Shown: positions 10,140-22,742 of the stretch, in pieces
Layout: every line of letters begins with the position of its first letter
Numbering within the stretch: the first letter of the stretch is position 1
DNA from: Eledone cirrhosa
Taxonomy: Eukaryota
Reading direction: 5' to 3'
NCBI GenBank assembly: GCA_964016885.1
Contig: OZ024743.1
Location: forward strand, 58,900,001 to 58,964,000
Length of the DNA: 64,000 nucleotides
Made by a program: the position numbers and the translations under genes
The notes under the pieces: model-generated
What the model saw: the letters and a program-made list of their open reading frames with translations, nothing else
Database searches by the model: none
Told to the model about the DNA's origin: nothing

Positions 10140-13010
10140 TATTCATGTTCGTCTACAGCGTGATGGTGCCACGCTAAAATCACCGGTGGTTATGTAAACA
10201 TACATTCACCTATCCTCGATATGAGTGTTTAAATATCGAACCTAAACAGTTCGAATAACGGTGAAGAGGAGACTGGAACGTTATGTGACAGACTCTCACT
10301 CAGCAAGTGCTCCCTGGCCCAGCAGCAGGGATCTGGCTGTCATCCAAATACTGCTGGTGTTGGAGGAAGAAGAAGAAGGAAAGGGACAAGAACCAACTGG
10401 ACGAAATAATTGAATAGAACTGTTATGCAATGTTACCTGAAGAGTAAACCCAAGGAAAAAGGCTATAGGAAACGGATGCATAACATCTGGAACGATATTG
10501 GTCTATTTAAATTAGATGAACAAAAATTGGCCGGGCAGGACAGGGTAATAAAATCTGATGGATGGATAAGCGAGTTGGAACTGGAGGAACTAAGCAGAGA
10601 GATTAGGTTCGAAATGGAGAGTGGAGTATGCCAGGCAAACGAGACAGTGGGAAATGAAGGTGGAGAGGTTGAGAGACCGGAGGAAGCATCCGAAGCAGAC
10701 AATGATCTGAATGCTGACATAAATAACATCTGGAACAAAGGTGTGGCCATTGAAGAAATGAATGCTGACGGGCTAGTACAAGATTTTGTTGATATCCTAA
10801 ACTTAGTGGTAGATGAAATGAACAATGATAGTGGGAAACCTATGAACCTAAGATTTGTAGACAGGAAACAGTTAAAAGAAACAACAGCTAAGGTAAACAA
10901 AGTCATCCCATACCTTGAAGCGAGGAACCTTCACAAATGCAACAATATCCTCAAAGCAACAGCAAATGCGGTGAGGAAATTACTTGGCATAAAAACGAGA
11001 GGAAACAACAAACAAGAAAAATCAGAACCTTGGTGGAAGAAACGACTGAATGGTCAAATCAGGGAAATGAGAAATGACATTGGAAAGCTTGAGTCCCTAC
11101 TGAATGGGACACTACAAAACATAGACACTAAAAATAGACGAGAAATAAAGTACAAAACTAGGAGGAAAAAGCTAAATATTATCATAGAGGAACTGAAGCA
11201 ACGCATTGTAGCAAACAGTGCAAAGATTAGGCGGTATGAGAGCAGAGTCAGTCAGTATAGAATGAACCGCATGTTTGACAACAACCAGATGTTGTTTGGG
11301 CAGCTTGCAGAGAAAGAAAGAGGCAACGACTTGATACCTGAGGCGGAACAGAGTATAATATTCTGGAGTGGAATATGGGAGCAGGATGTTGAACATAATG
11401 ATCAGGAAGTGTGGATTGACACAGTACAAAAGGAGATTAGTGAACAAGCACACCAACAAACTGATTTAAGTATCACAGTTGAAACTCTTAAAGGGCAGGC
11501 CAGAAAACTAACCAACTGGAAATCACCAGGCCCAGATGGTGTGCAGGCGTATTGAATTAAAAATATAACATACCTCCACCCGAAACTGACAACCCTGTTC
11601 AATGACTGCTTGATGTCGGGTGAGGTACAAGAGTGGTTGACAAAGGGTACCACAGTCCTGGTAATGAAGACCGAATCAAGGGTAATGATGTTACCAACTA
11701 TAGACCTATCACATGTCTATCCGTAATGTGGAAACTGTTAACAAGCATTGTGTCTGAGGAAATCTACCATCACCTCCACCCAAACTGCTTGATACCGGAC
11801 GAACAGAAAGGATGCCGAAAGGAGACCCGTTGTACAAAAGACCAGCTACTTATTGATAAGATGGTAATGAGGAATTGCAAGAGGAGACACACTGGTCTTG
11901 CCATGGGATGGATAGACTACAAAAAGGCATTCGGCATGGTACCTCATTCTTGGATAGCCTAATCTTCAAGGTGGCAGATAACATCAACCAGTTGTTGAGC
12001 AAAAGTATGAAGCCCTGGGAAACAGAATTAACATCGGGTGGAGAATCGTTGGGAAGAGTGAAGATCAAGAGAGGTATCTTCCAGGGAGATAGTCTGTCCC
12101 CTCTGTTGTTTGTCCTTGCCCTGATACCCTTGACCATTATACTGCGAGAAGTGAGAACAGGATATAAGTTGGGAAAAGGAGAGCTTAACATGAAAAGGAG
12201 AGCTTAACATGAACCACCTTCTCTTCATGGACGATCTTAAACTCTTTGGGAAGTGTGAGAAGGAGTTGTATGTACTTGTTGACACTGTCTGTATTTTCAG
12301 CAGTGATATATGCATGCAATCTGGTATTAATAAGTTTGGACTCCTAGTGATGAAGAGGGGTAAATTGAGAAGAAGCAACAGAATCCAGGTACCAACAGGT
12401 GAGATGATAAAGGAAATTGACACTGAAGGTGGAGGGAGAGAGAGGAGACTGTGGCTCACATTGTATCCGAGTGTAAACATCTAGCCCAGACTCACTATAA
12501 AGGCTGGACACGTGATGTGATGGGCAGGATGATCCACTGGCACCTATGCAAAGTAAACAATTTACCACATTGCGAAAAGTGGTATGAGCGTAAGCCAGAG
12601 TCGGTGATAGAAAACGATCAGGTGAAGGTGCTATGGGATTTTAGGATACAGACGGATAAGAAACTGGAACACAATAGGCCTGACCTGGTGGTTTTGGACA
12701 AGGAAAAAAGATCGTGCCTGATTGTAGATGTGGCCTGCCCATTCGACACGAGAGTGCAAGAGAAGGAGAGGGAGAACATTAACCGTTACCAGGACTTAAA
12801 GTGGGAGGTAAAAAGGATTTGGAACTGCCATGAAGACAGAGTCGTCCCGATTGTCATAGGCGCACTAGGTACTATCTCAAAGAGTTAACAAGGATGGATA
12901 AAGAAAGTTAGTCCAGCCCCACTTTTTGGAACACTTCAAAAGGCATGCTTACTGGGAATAGCAAGAACACTCCGATACGTCCTGAATATCTGAGGCTGCA
13001 GATATTCATG
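10140..13010 (+). mobile_element. R4/Dong family A relative with N-terminal region, decayed (stops, frameshifts, internal deletion)
   Basis: ORF 10410-11555 (N-terminal region, PWWKKRL, WKSPGPDG), then RT fragments to 12430. Jumps from IKEIDTEG directly to the zinc knuckle. RLE runs to TGA 12993, then 3'UTR start GGCTGCAG. 5' boundary approximate. Confidence 0.85.
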
Positions 13011-13049
13011 CTTGGTATACATTTTAAGAAACTTTCATGACTGATCAAC

Positions 13050-14390
13050 CCCGGACCAGTCCTCTCTTCCTGTCCTGGTAACCTCTATTGTGACGGCATC
13101 TGACCTCTCCACAATCATGCATCCCAAAAGCCACCACATATCTAGTCCAGGTGGAATCCTGGGAATGCGTACTCTAGTTTTTCTTTTTTCCATGTGGGAG
13201 GGGTACATAATAACATTGCTGGTTTTGAAGGGGTCGTCGAGTGCTTCAAAGTGAGGGCCTCCGACTTAAACAGCACCGACATGGTGACGTATTGTTGATC
13301 CCTCGCTACGTACTCTGTATCACCTTTGATGCACCTCAGCGCAGCCTCGACGTCTGCTTGGGGAGAGTTTGTGACTCTTTTCGTCTCAGCTGAGATGCAT
13401 CTGGAGACCAGATTTCTCTTCTCCACCGCTTCTATGGTTTCTGCCGGGGCAATTAAGTTGGCCCAGGTTTGCTCCTGTTTGATGAGCTTCCATGCCTAGG
13501 CCAACTTTGTTTCCATGTCTGTCAAGTCCATGTTGAAGCATGGCCTTTTCTTGGCTTTGCCACAGCGAAGTTGGCCCAGGTTTGCTCCTGTTTGATGAGC
13601 TTCCATGCCTAGGCCAACTTTGTTTCCATGTCTGGCAAGTCCATGTTGAAGCATGGCCTTTTCTTGGCTCTGCCACAGCGAAAGTGTTCTTGTTGTTGTC
13701 GTTGGTGTTGTTGTTGTCGCTGTTCTTGTTGGTTTTGTTGCTGTTATCACTGTTACAGTTAGTTATATCTTTGGTGCTGTCGCTGATTATGTTCTGTTTA
13801 CTGGTGTTAATTTCGTTGTTATTTTAGTTGTAATTGTTGCTGCTGCTATTGTTATTATTGTTGTTGTTGCTGTTGTTGTGGTTGTCACTGTTGTTGATAT
13901 ACTTTGTTGTCGTTCTTTCTGTTGTTGTTGTTGTCATTATTGCAGTTGTCGTTGACTTTCCTGTCGTAGCAGGTGCTGTTGTTCTTGTTCAAGAATCTTT
14001 TTTTACTGTTTTTGGTAATATCGCTGTTGCTGCTGCTGGCCTTTTTCTTCTCATTGTTGCTGGTGCTGGTGTTGGCGATATTGCCTGTGTGTTGTTATAT
14101 TTTAAAATTGTTGTGGATAGAGCAGCGTTAATAGCCTCAAAGTTTGACTCGCTGTCGCAAGACAGCAAAGTCAAAGTTGGGGGGCGTGCCTCCGCCATGT
14201 TTTTTTTTTCGACAAAAATTTTCTTTTACACACACAAAGTTTTAATATTTGGGGAGTCCTTTCTTGGGGGCAAAAAGACTAAAGTCTTATTTCCCGTTTG
14301 AAACAAAAATATTAATGACAAACTTATTTCAAACCGTTGAACAAAACAAACTTACGAGCTCACGATAGTACTCCATTCACTTCAACGACC
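13050..14390 (-). mobile_element. 5' portion (5'UTR + disrupted ORF1) of a putative L1/Tx1-type LINE
   Basis: Starts exactly at (AAT)n. ATG at 14198 (MAEARPPTL), Thr/Asn-rich low-complexity segment, further ORF1-like piece 13142-13426. 5' motif shared with 1-430. No ORF2 attached, so the clade is inferred. Confidence 0.55.
13455..13680. repeat. 113-bp tandem duplication (2 copies)
   Basis: AAGTTGGCCCAGG...GCCACAGCG at 13455-13567 and 13568-13680, 2 mismatches seen. Confidence 0.9.
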
Positions 14391-14408
14391 AATAATAATA
14401 ATAATAAT

Positions 14409-14596
14409 AATTGTTTCTACTTTTGGCACAAGGCCAGCAAATTACCCAGTGCATTACTGGTACTTTATTTTATCGACCCCGTAAGGATGAAAGGCAAAGT
14501 TAACCTCGGAGGGATTTGTACTCAGAATGGCAAGGGCCGTAACTCTATGCGTCAAAGCATGGCGTCCGACCCTCTACCGATATTGCCAATCCACCG
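14409..14596 (-). mobile_element. tRNA-derived SINE, near full length, inside an AAT tract
   Basis: Head CGGTGGATTGGCAATATCGGTAGAGG (A-box-like), B-box-like GAGTACAAATC, core TTTGCCTTTCATCCTTACGGGGTCGATAAAATAAAGTACCAG, tail GCCTTGTGCCAAAAGTAGAAACAATT. Confidence 0.85.
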
Positions 14597-15010
14597 AATA
14601 ATAATAACATTAATGAAGATGCTGATATTACATAAATCGTTTATTCATTAGAATTATTTCAACGGTTCTCATATGAAATCAAGATGCAATTCATGAATTT
14701 GTTGCTGTTATGAGAACGGTATCCTCAGATGAAATTCGATTTTGTGTTTTGTTGACAGCAGGAAAAAACCCACACATCCTACTGCCCGTGCGTCCATAAG
14801 ACATATGAATACCTGAAAGGGTCTCCCAGCCGTCGTGTTTACTGGAGTAAAGTGCTATCCACGTTTAAATTAGGGAAATCAGGAGATCCACTCATCTCCC
14901 ATGGAATTGAGGTCGTAAATCAGCAGAAAGGTAACAACTCAAGTATGCTATTGTTATCTGTATCAAACGATAGTCTATGCGTAGCCAGAATATATGTATG
15001 TATTTGTATA

Positions 15011-15090
<80 letters not shown>

Positions 15091-15091
<1 letters not shown>

Positions 15092-15812
15092 TAGCAGAAT
15101 AGCCTGGCGTTGCTCGGGATTCTAAACATAGATTGGCATGTTTATCCCTCCTTTCTGAAACAATACAGAGAAGTACGGAATACCTCGGGCTGGGGATGGT
15201 GTCTACATTTTGAGGTTATAAAAAAATCCATCGTAGATTACCAGGGGTTTAACTTAATCGGGTGCCTGAGAGTAAAATGTTCAACCCACGAAACCCAAGA
15301 CGGTAGGGGTAAGTAAAATGTCATTCGACAAACCGAACATGTATGTGTTGTGCTATGGTACAATGGAAGCAATAGTTACAGAGCAGTAAGCATGTCGGAC
15401 TGAAGTGGTAGAAAGCATGAAGGAATTTAGTTGGATACTTTTAAGGTGACAGTCCCTAACTCAACCAAAATGCTAAACAATGCGGTCCTAGGGCAAAAAT
15501 TTGAAATCTTTTTCAATCAGGAAGATTTGTGAAACATACGTAATGCATATGGAAAGTTTTAAAAAACATTGGTTGGGTACTTCTCGAGTTACAGGCCCTA
15601 AGGCAACCAAAATGCTTTAAAAAATCGGTTTTTCGCCTAATGCGATCCCTGGAACAAACAATGATAAAATATTTTTGCTCAAAACACTTTAAACGACATA
15701 AGTAATGCAAATTTTGAAGAAATCGCCTGGAATATTATTCCATTATGCCTCATAAAAGCCTTTAAAGCATAAAATATGCGGTATTTTGCCTAATGCAGTC
15801 CTTGGTGTATTG
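15091..15812 (-). mobile_element. Non-autonomous Helitron (3' end clear, 5' end uncertain)
   Basis: Minus strand ends ...CCCGAGCAACGCCAGGCTATTCTGCTAG (subterminal hairpin + CTAG) at a (TA)n tract; same hairpin as at 25975 and 40093. Confidence 0.7.
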
Positions 15813-15844
15813 AAATATATATATACATACACATATATACACAT

Positions 15845-16800
15845 AGATGTTAATTCAAACTACCCAAAAAATATCACAGATAATTTAGTGTCTCACTTAG
15901 AATTCCCGATCTCTCAACCAATGAAGATATTTTTAGTGCCCCTTCCTCTTATTACAACGATGACCCTTGCCCGCATTGGCTATAAAGAAAACATTACCTA
16001 TCTAGAAAGCACCCCAAGACGACATAGGATAAATAGACATAGGCAGATTAGTAGGTACTACCTCCTCCCCCCTTCAACCGAGAGATTTCTACACTAATAA
16101 CTAGGACTTTCTTCAAATTGCTGAATAAATACTTCCCCACACAACATAGGTGCTACACGATTTTTCATAAGAATACGATAAGACTCTCCTACTCCACTAC
16201 ACCTGAATCAGCTAGGAATATAGCCAACCTCAAAACTGCTAGATTAGATAAGACTACTACCTCCGAATCCCACCCCTGGACGGGAGCCTTGTGCAACTGC
16301 CACAATAAGGAAGCGTGTCCACTCGAAAACAAATGTCTGATGACATTGTGTATAAATGTGATGTCATCCCCGGCATCGATGACAACAGCAAAAAAACATA
16401 TATCGGAATGACATCCAACAAATTTAAGACCCAGTGGATGCACATACCCACTCGTTCAGTAGACCAGACAAAACCAATTAAACAACAGTCACGGCTTATG
16501 CCTTGGACCTCAAGAGGAACTCCACATCTTTCACGCTCAAATGGAAATTAATACAGATACAAGGGAGGCCACAATTGTTGTGACCTTTGTATTTCGGAGA
16601 GCTATGGAATGCTATTTGCCAACTCTCTGTACACTACCCGAAATCATGCATAAAAACTATGCAATGTATAAATCCTACAAACGAGTTCTGCCAACAGAAC
16701 GATAATTTCAAAAAACACCTCACTCGACATAATATCCCCCCACTATCCATTCCATCCCACCCCTACCCTCAATATTTGCCCTCTTTCTGTTCCCCTCAGA
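15845..16800 (+). mobile_element. Penelope-like element 3' fragment (RT thumb + GIY-YIG), frameshifted
   Basis: SNYP, KYFP..HRCYTIF..NTIRLSYSTTP, CNC..KEACPL..KCL, IVYKCDV...KKTYIGMT, CDLC. Confidence 0.8.
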
Positions 16801-16920
16801 GTATTAAGGTTCTGTAAGTACTCTTTACATACTTGCGTCTTCTACTTGTATAAACGTACATGTATGTATGAAAACGTGTGTGTACGCTTGTATGTATATA
16901 TGCATGGATGCTTTTGCGTA

Positions 16921-16952
<32 letters not shown>

Positions 16953-16983
16953 AGATCAAAAGATGGTTAAATGAGTTCCATGT

Positions 16984-17052
16984 ATTTTATTATGCGCATT
17001 TCAAAAACAAATATCATCATGCAATAACATTTGTGTTTTCATCAGATAAAAT
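16984..17052 (-). ncRNA. Type I hammerhead ribozyme
   Basis: Reverse complement of the motif at 17101-17169. Confidence 0.85.
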
Positions 17053-17100
17053 AGGAAGACATGACCAGGAGTGTTTTTAACCTTCATATCATGTCTTCCT

Positions 17101-17169
17101 ATTTTATCTGATGAAAACACAAATGTTATTGCATGATGATATTTGTTTTTGAAATGCGCATAATAAAAT
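17101..17169 (+). ncRNA. Type I hammerhead ribozyme (minimal, palindromic stem III)
   Basis: ATTTTAT-CTGATGA-AAACACAAAT..ATTTGTTTTT-GAAA-TGCGCA-TA-ATAAAAT. Stem I 7 bp perfect, stem II 9/10; predicted cleavage after 17162. Confidence 0.88.
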
Positions 17170-17318
17170 ACATGGAACTCAATTAAACATCTTTTGATCT
17201 TATATATTATGTATACTCCAGTCCTACAAACTGTAGAGTGCTTCTTATCCGATATCTGCATTGCTTTATTGTACTACAATAAAACTCACCTCCTACATAT
17301 ATATATATATATATATAG

Positions 17319-17354
<36 letters not shown>

Positions 17355-17425
17355 CGAACATTATAATTAATGTTCCATATAACCCATACGTACATATGTA
17401 TATGTATGTATATATATGTGTGTAA

Positions 17426-17473
<48 letters not shown>

Positions 17474-17489
17474 CTATATATATAGAGAG

Positions 17490-17882
<393 letters not shown>

Positions 17883-19524
17883 CTGTTTCTATCTACAATC
17901 AGGGGCTTTTTTATCGCTAACTCATGCTTGCTAAACTATTTTATACTACTTTCCTGCAGTTAAGATATTGATGAGCGTGTAGAAAAATGTATTTGCTCAT
18001 GACCTATATGTCATTCTTTTTCCACCACATCAGCAATACGTCAATACCCACTTAAGCTATCACAAAGAAAATATTTTTTATTTTATATAATCCGTCTCAT
18101 GGAAGGCTTTCGCATAAATCAAATCCTGCTACTGTTTCGCTAATAAGCTTAAACAATAGAATGTGTCAGCACAGTATTTCTGACGCTACCAATTTCATGT
18201 AGTTTTCATGTATAGAGCAAGGTGAACTAGTTGCAGTCATATGATGAATGAACATTTGTTCAAATTCTTTGAAAATTGTGACTGACTTAAACCCTGGTAT
18301 GTTTGAATATTATTCTTTTAAATACCAAAATTGATGCTTGTTTATTCACATTTATATTCGACACAGGTGTATTCATCTTAAGTCAGCGTTACTTTAACAT
18401 CTGTTAATCTTTCAATGACCATATTAAAATTATTTCATTAGGTGATTTTACCACAAAACGTATTATTGACGATGTCATCTTCAAAGTTATTTTATTATGT
18501 TTACAGCTTATGTCGACATTATAAGTGTATCGAAGTAACAGAATCAGTTTTACGTCGGGCAACATGTCTTCTTTTTATTTATTTGTGAAATATGAATTTA
18601 ACACCACCGAGTAAACATTGAGGTCACCTAAATAATCATCCACTCCACGGACATCACAAACGCAAATATATTTATATGGCTATATATCAAATTTTTAAGT
18701 TTTAATATTATTATTGTAGTTGCTTTTGTATTAGAAATTACTATTCTTCTTAAATACATCAATTAAACCCTCGAAACTCTCTTATACACCAACAGTACTA
18801 CAACCACAAACGCAAACCAATTGTGTGTTTCTATATTGAATTTATAAATATGGTTAAATAATATTATTTTTTTAAATTATTGATGTTGTCTCAAAAACAT
18901 TTCTATTGCTGTTGTATCCATATTTTGAGAATAGGTAACACCAACGAACAAAGAATGAAGAAATTTAGTGTATTTCCTATTTTCTTTTTCACCAGTTAAA
19001 ATGCACAGCAGTCACGACAGCTTAATAGTTCCACTTCAATAGAATGGAAATTCTAAAACATGTTTAGTTTACAAATCGTATGAGTGTTTTACAAAATTGT
19101 ATAATAAATCTTGCATTAAACATGATGTTAGCAGTCGTCCACATGACACTAAATTAAGAAAGAAACATTACATTTCAAAACGAAGATTCTTCTTTCAATT
19201 CTATGAGAGTGAGCAATTATTTACATTAATTTAATTTAAAGCGAATGCTGTAGTTTATTGTCCATTATTAGTAAACCTATATGCATATATTGCCACCAGT
19301 TTCATTGGAAATTTATTTCTATTTGAGGAGAATACTTCCGAAAGGCTTGGCTTCATGCAAACATGTCGATTCCTGCGTAATGACATCTAAATGAGTCAAT
19401 ATGATTACATTTATTATTACTTGAATGTCGTTTAAAAGTGTACGTCTAAATGAAGATATTAGTACATTTGAATTATTTCGTATGTGTGTCTGTCTGCTTT
19501 CATTACTCTCTAATACAGAATATA

Positions 19525-19660
19525 TAACCTCGGCGGGATGTGATATGAGTTCAAAATCCCGCCGAGGTTGACTTTGTCTTTCATCCTTACTGGGTCGATA
19601 AAATAAAGTACCAGTAATGCACTGGTTAATTGCTGGCCTTGTGCCTAAAGTAGAAACAAT
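19525..19660 (+). mobile_element. SINE, 5'-truncated with inverted 5' piece, 22-bp TSD
   Basis: TSD ATTA(C/A)TCTCTAATACAGAATAT at 19502-19523 and 19659-19680. Confidence 0.85.
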
Positions 19661-19926
19661 TAATCTCTAATACAGAATATAGCATCTATAATTTTTATAT
19701 CTGTCGGAATCCATCCTTGGTCAGTCCTGGCAACGGCTCATTTCTTTCACACGATAGGAAGAAAACAAAGTTAAGTCATGCATCATTTGAATAGAGAGAG
19801 ATCTGGAACGAATATCGACAAGTATTATATCTGTAACTTAAAATGTATCCTATCTCTAAATTTGCTGAGATTATACTGGTGTTGAATTAACATAACAACA
19901 AATACTGCCTTGTTATTAACAATGTA

Positions 19927-20115
19927 GGGCGGTGGATTGGTAGTATCGGTAGAAGGTCGAATGCCATGCTTTGCAGTATAGAATTACGGTCCTTTACGAT
20001 CTGAGTTAAAATACCGAGGAGGTTAACTTTGCCTTTCATCCTTACGGGGTCGATAAATAAAGTACTATTAATACACTAGGATAATTGCTGGCCTTGTGCC
20101 AAAATAAGAAACAAT
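19927..20115 (+). mobile_element. SINE, full length
   Basis: Head, core and tail as above; degenerate TSD TTATTAACAATGTAG / TTACTACCAATATAG. Confidence 0.85.
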
Positions 20116-20249
20116 TACTACCAATATAGCAGATGTTTCATACAAAATCAAGCTCACGTCACATGGCTACATTGTTATGTGTCTTTCTTGTTACGTTGAG
20201 TGTATTTGCTCTTTTTAAATTATCTCGGAGAAAATAAAAGATACTTACT

Positions 20250-20360
20250 AATTATTTCTGTTTTTGGCACAAGACCAGCAATTATCCTAGTACATTACTG
20301 CTACTTTATTTTATCGACCCCAAAAGGATGAAGGCAAAGTTAACCTCGGCAGGATTTGAT
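20250..20360 (-). mobile_element. SINE, 5'-truncated
   Basis: Tail and core match the other copies. Confidence 0.8.
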
Positions 20361-20611
20361 GAAACAACCGCATAATTTTAAAAACAACTACTCTCGAATG
20401 TGCAATATTGTCTCAAAAGATGACTTTATATTCCATAATTGATGCTATAAAATATATATGGCCTAAACCAATATTATATCTAATACACACACACACACAC
20501 ACAAACACACAGACACACACAAACACGCACAAACACACACACACACACGCGAACACATATACACTCACACACACGCGCGCCCACACACATGCGCACACAC
20601 ACACACACATG

Positions 20612-20642
<31 letters not shown>

Positions 20643-20964
20643 ACACATATATATATATATATACCCACGGAATTTAGAAACCTTGGATTGGTGTCAGATG
20701 CGTGGTTTGACCAGTGGGTGCTGAATTTAGCAAATCAAGTCTCTAAGAAAACTGTACTCCGATATAAAACCCATTGAACAACGATAGGTATGCATTCTCA
20801 ATAGATGAATTAGGAATACCAATAAGTGTAGGGCTCCTGATAACTGTGGATTATGCATTATCGTATCACACAGAATCCTATCGAACTAATTATTGTAGAG
20901 TGACGTGTTTGTTTTCTTCTAAAGTACTTGAACAATTCAAGTAAGCTTAATTTGTAATAAAGAA

Positions 20965-21180
20965 ATGTTATGAGTATGAAGTGTGGAAACTACAGGAGCA
21001 TTTGTTTCCTATCAGTTTCTGGCAAGATATTGGCAAGATTTTGGCAAGTGCTCTTCTTATCCACTTCAATATATCAATCCAAAATGATGTCCTTCCTTAA
21101 TATTTTTGTGGGTTCTGACAAGGTAGCAAGTGATATGAATTTCACTGCAACACATTTGAAACAAATGACTTCAAAATAAA
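20965..21180 (+). pseudogene. Decayed RTE-type LINE reverse transcriptase fragment
   Basis: CGNYRSICFLSVSGKILAR resembles the RTE consensus CGNYRGISLLSIAGKILAR; DMNFT follows. Confidence 0.6.
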
Positions 21181-21480
21181 GTATTAAAGTTTGTCACTTA
21201 AACATCTTTAGATATACTCGTTTACTTTAGCTTTGCAATTTCATTGAATTTCAATCATCAGCAAAAATGTCAGTTCCTTAGAACAATAGCTAGCCTATTC
21301 TTATGTTAAGCAACATTGAAAATGCTAGCGAATACCGGGGTCCCTTTGAACCTCACTGTAGCAGAATATTGTTTCTTTCTGTTATACATGATGTCATGGC
21401 ACCACATGCAATAACGATATTTATCTTTCAGTTAGTATTTACATCATAGGCACAGCCAAATATACTTTAAGAAGAAAAAT

Positions 21481-21671
21481 AATTGTTTCTACTATTGGCA
21501 CAAGCCCAGCAATTATCCAGTACATTACTGGTACTTTATTTTATCGACCCTGTAAGGATGAAAGTCAAAGTTAACCTCGGCGGAATTTGAACTCAGAATG
21601 GCAAGGGCCGTAACTCTATGCGTCAAAGCATGGCGTCCGACCCTCTACCGATACGACCAATTCACCGCCCT
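21481..21671 (-). mobile_element. SINE, full length
   Basis: Complete head, core and tail; TSD AAGAAAAATAAT at 21472-21483 and 21677-21688. Confidence 0.88.
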
Positions 21672-22559
21672 ACTACAAGAAAAATAATATATTTCAACAA
21701 AACTGCAGAGAAAATGTAACATGTTCAAAGATTTCTAAACACAAAACATACAATCGTAAATCACCAGCTTAATGAACATTCTATGCAAATCAGATAACTT
21801 TTTATATTTTACTCGAAATGCGGAAAAATTTAACCAAAAATGTTAAGCCGATCGTCACATTCTGTAATATATAGTGTTGAATTGTAACAATTAGAAATTC
21901 TATTTTACAGTTTAACAGTTGCTAGAACAGCTAACTTGACATTCACACTTGAAAGAAATAAGATTACTTGTAATCATTGAATCTTTCGACATTCATGATA
22001 ACAGTTCCATTAAAGCCATTAATGATAATTTGAATGATTTACCAAATGAGTTGTAAAGATAGAATATTACTCATTGTATGGCACCAATCTTAAAGTTTCT
22101 GCTTTACATAGTCTAACAGCCATGAACTAGATAACATTGTATTGCACAGACACATTTATTAATATAATTGAATATTTTTAAAAATACATGCTGATCATAC
22201 TGTTATGGAAAACAATTATCTTTCTCCCAAGAAGAATTTTACAGGTCAAAGCTTAATGTTAGAATGAAGATATGCTAATTACTACGGCTAAATGTCTTGC
22301 TATAATGTGTCCCATAGCATGAAAGGAGCTGGAACTGTTTCTAATTACTGTTTACTAGAGCACATTATTTCTAAACAAATGCTTACATCTTGGTCTTCTT
22401 CTCTCTTGACTTATAATGGCTCATGTAATCATGACAAACTCATCATGTATTTGTCAAACCTAAGCAGGTTCCATGGCAAGTTGAATTATGGAAGATCAGC
22501 AGTCATCAATGCATACAATTCTCCTTTCTCCATGAGACTGATGTTGGCGAAGGGAAAAT

Positions 22560-22742
22560 AAAAGGCCGATGCAGCTTGGTATCCATGTAGTCGCAAGTAA
22601 TTTTTTTCAGCTGCGTGGACTGGAGTAATGTATAAATAAACTGTATTTCTCAGGAACACAACGCACTACTCTGTACAGGAATCAAACTGAGAACATTACG
22701 ATCATGAGAATAGCAACCCAACCACTAAACCACACGCTTTCA
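22560..22742 (-). mobile_element. Older, different tRNA-derived SINE
   Basis: Minus strand GCGTGTGGTTTAGTGGTT (A box) ... GTTTGATTCC (B box) ... TGTGTTCCTGAGAAATACAG..CTCCAGTCCACGCAGCTG. Confidence 0.55.

Larger units (their letters stand above)
16947..17297. mobile_element. ORF-less fold-back mini-element made of Penelope-like terminal repeats (same family as 55255-60552)
   Basis: Inverted arms ~16947-17064 and 17089-17206, plus tail 17207-17297 matching 60442-60552; (TA)n on both sides. Confidence 0.85.

Noticed and set aside
417-12568. Minus-strand ORFs overlapping the Dong elements
   Set aside because: Antisense shadows of the RT ORF, repeated only because the elements are repeated.
19927-20015. 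tRNA gene
   Set aside because: A/B-box-like motifs are SINE heads; no complete cloverleaf. The same applies to 22680-22742 and 49280-49330.
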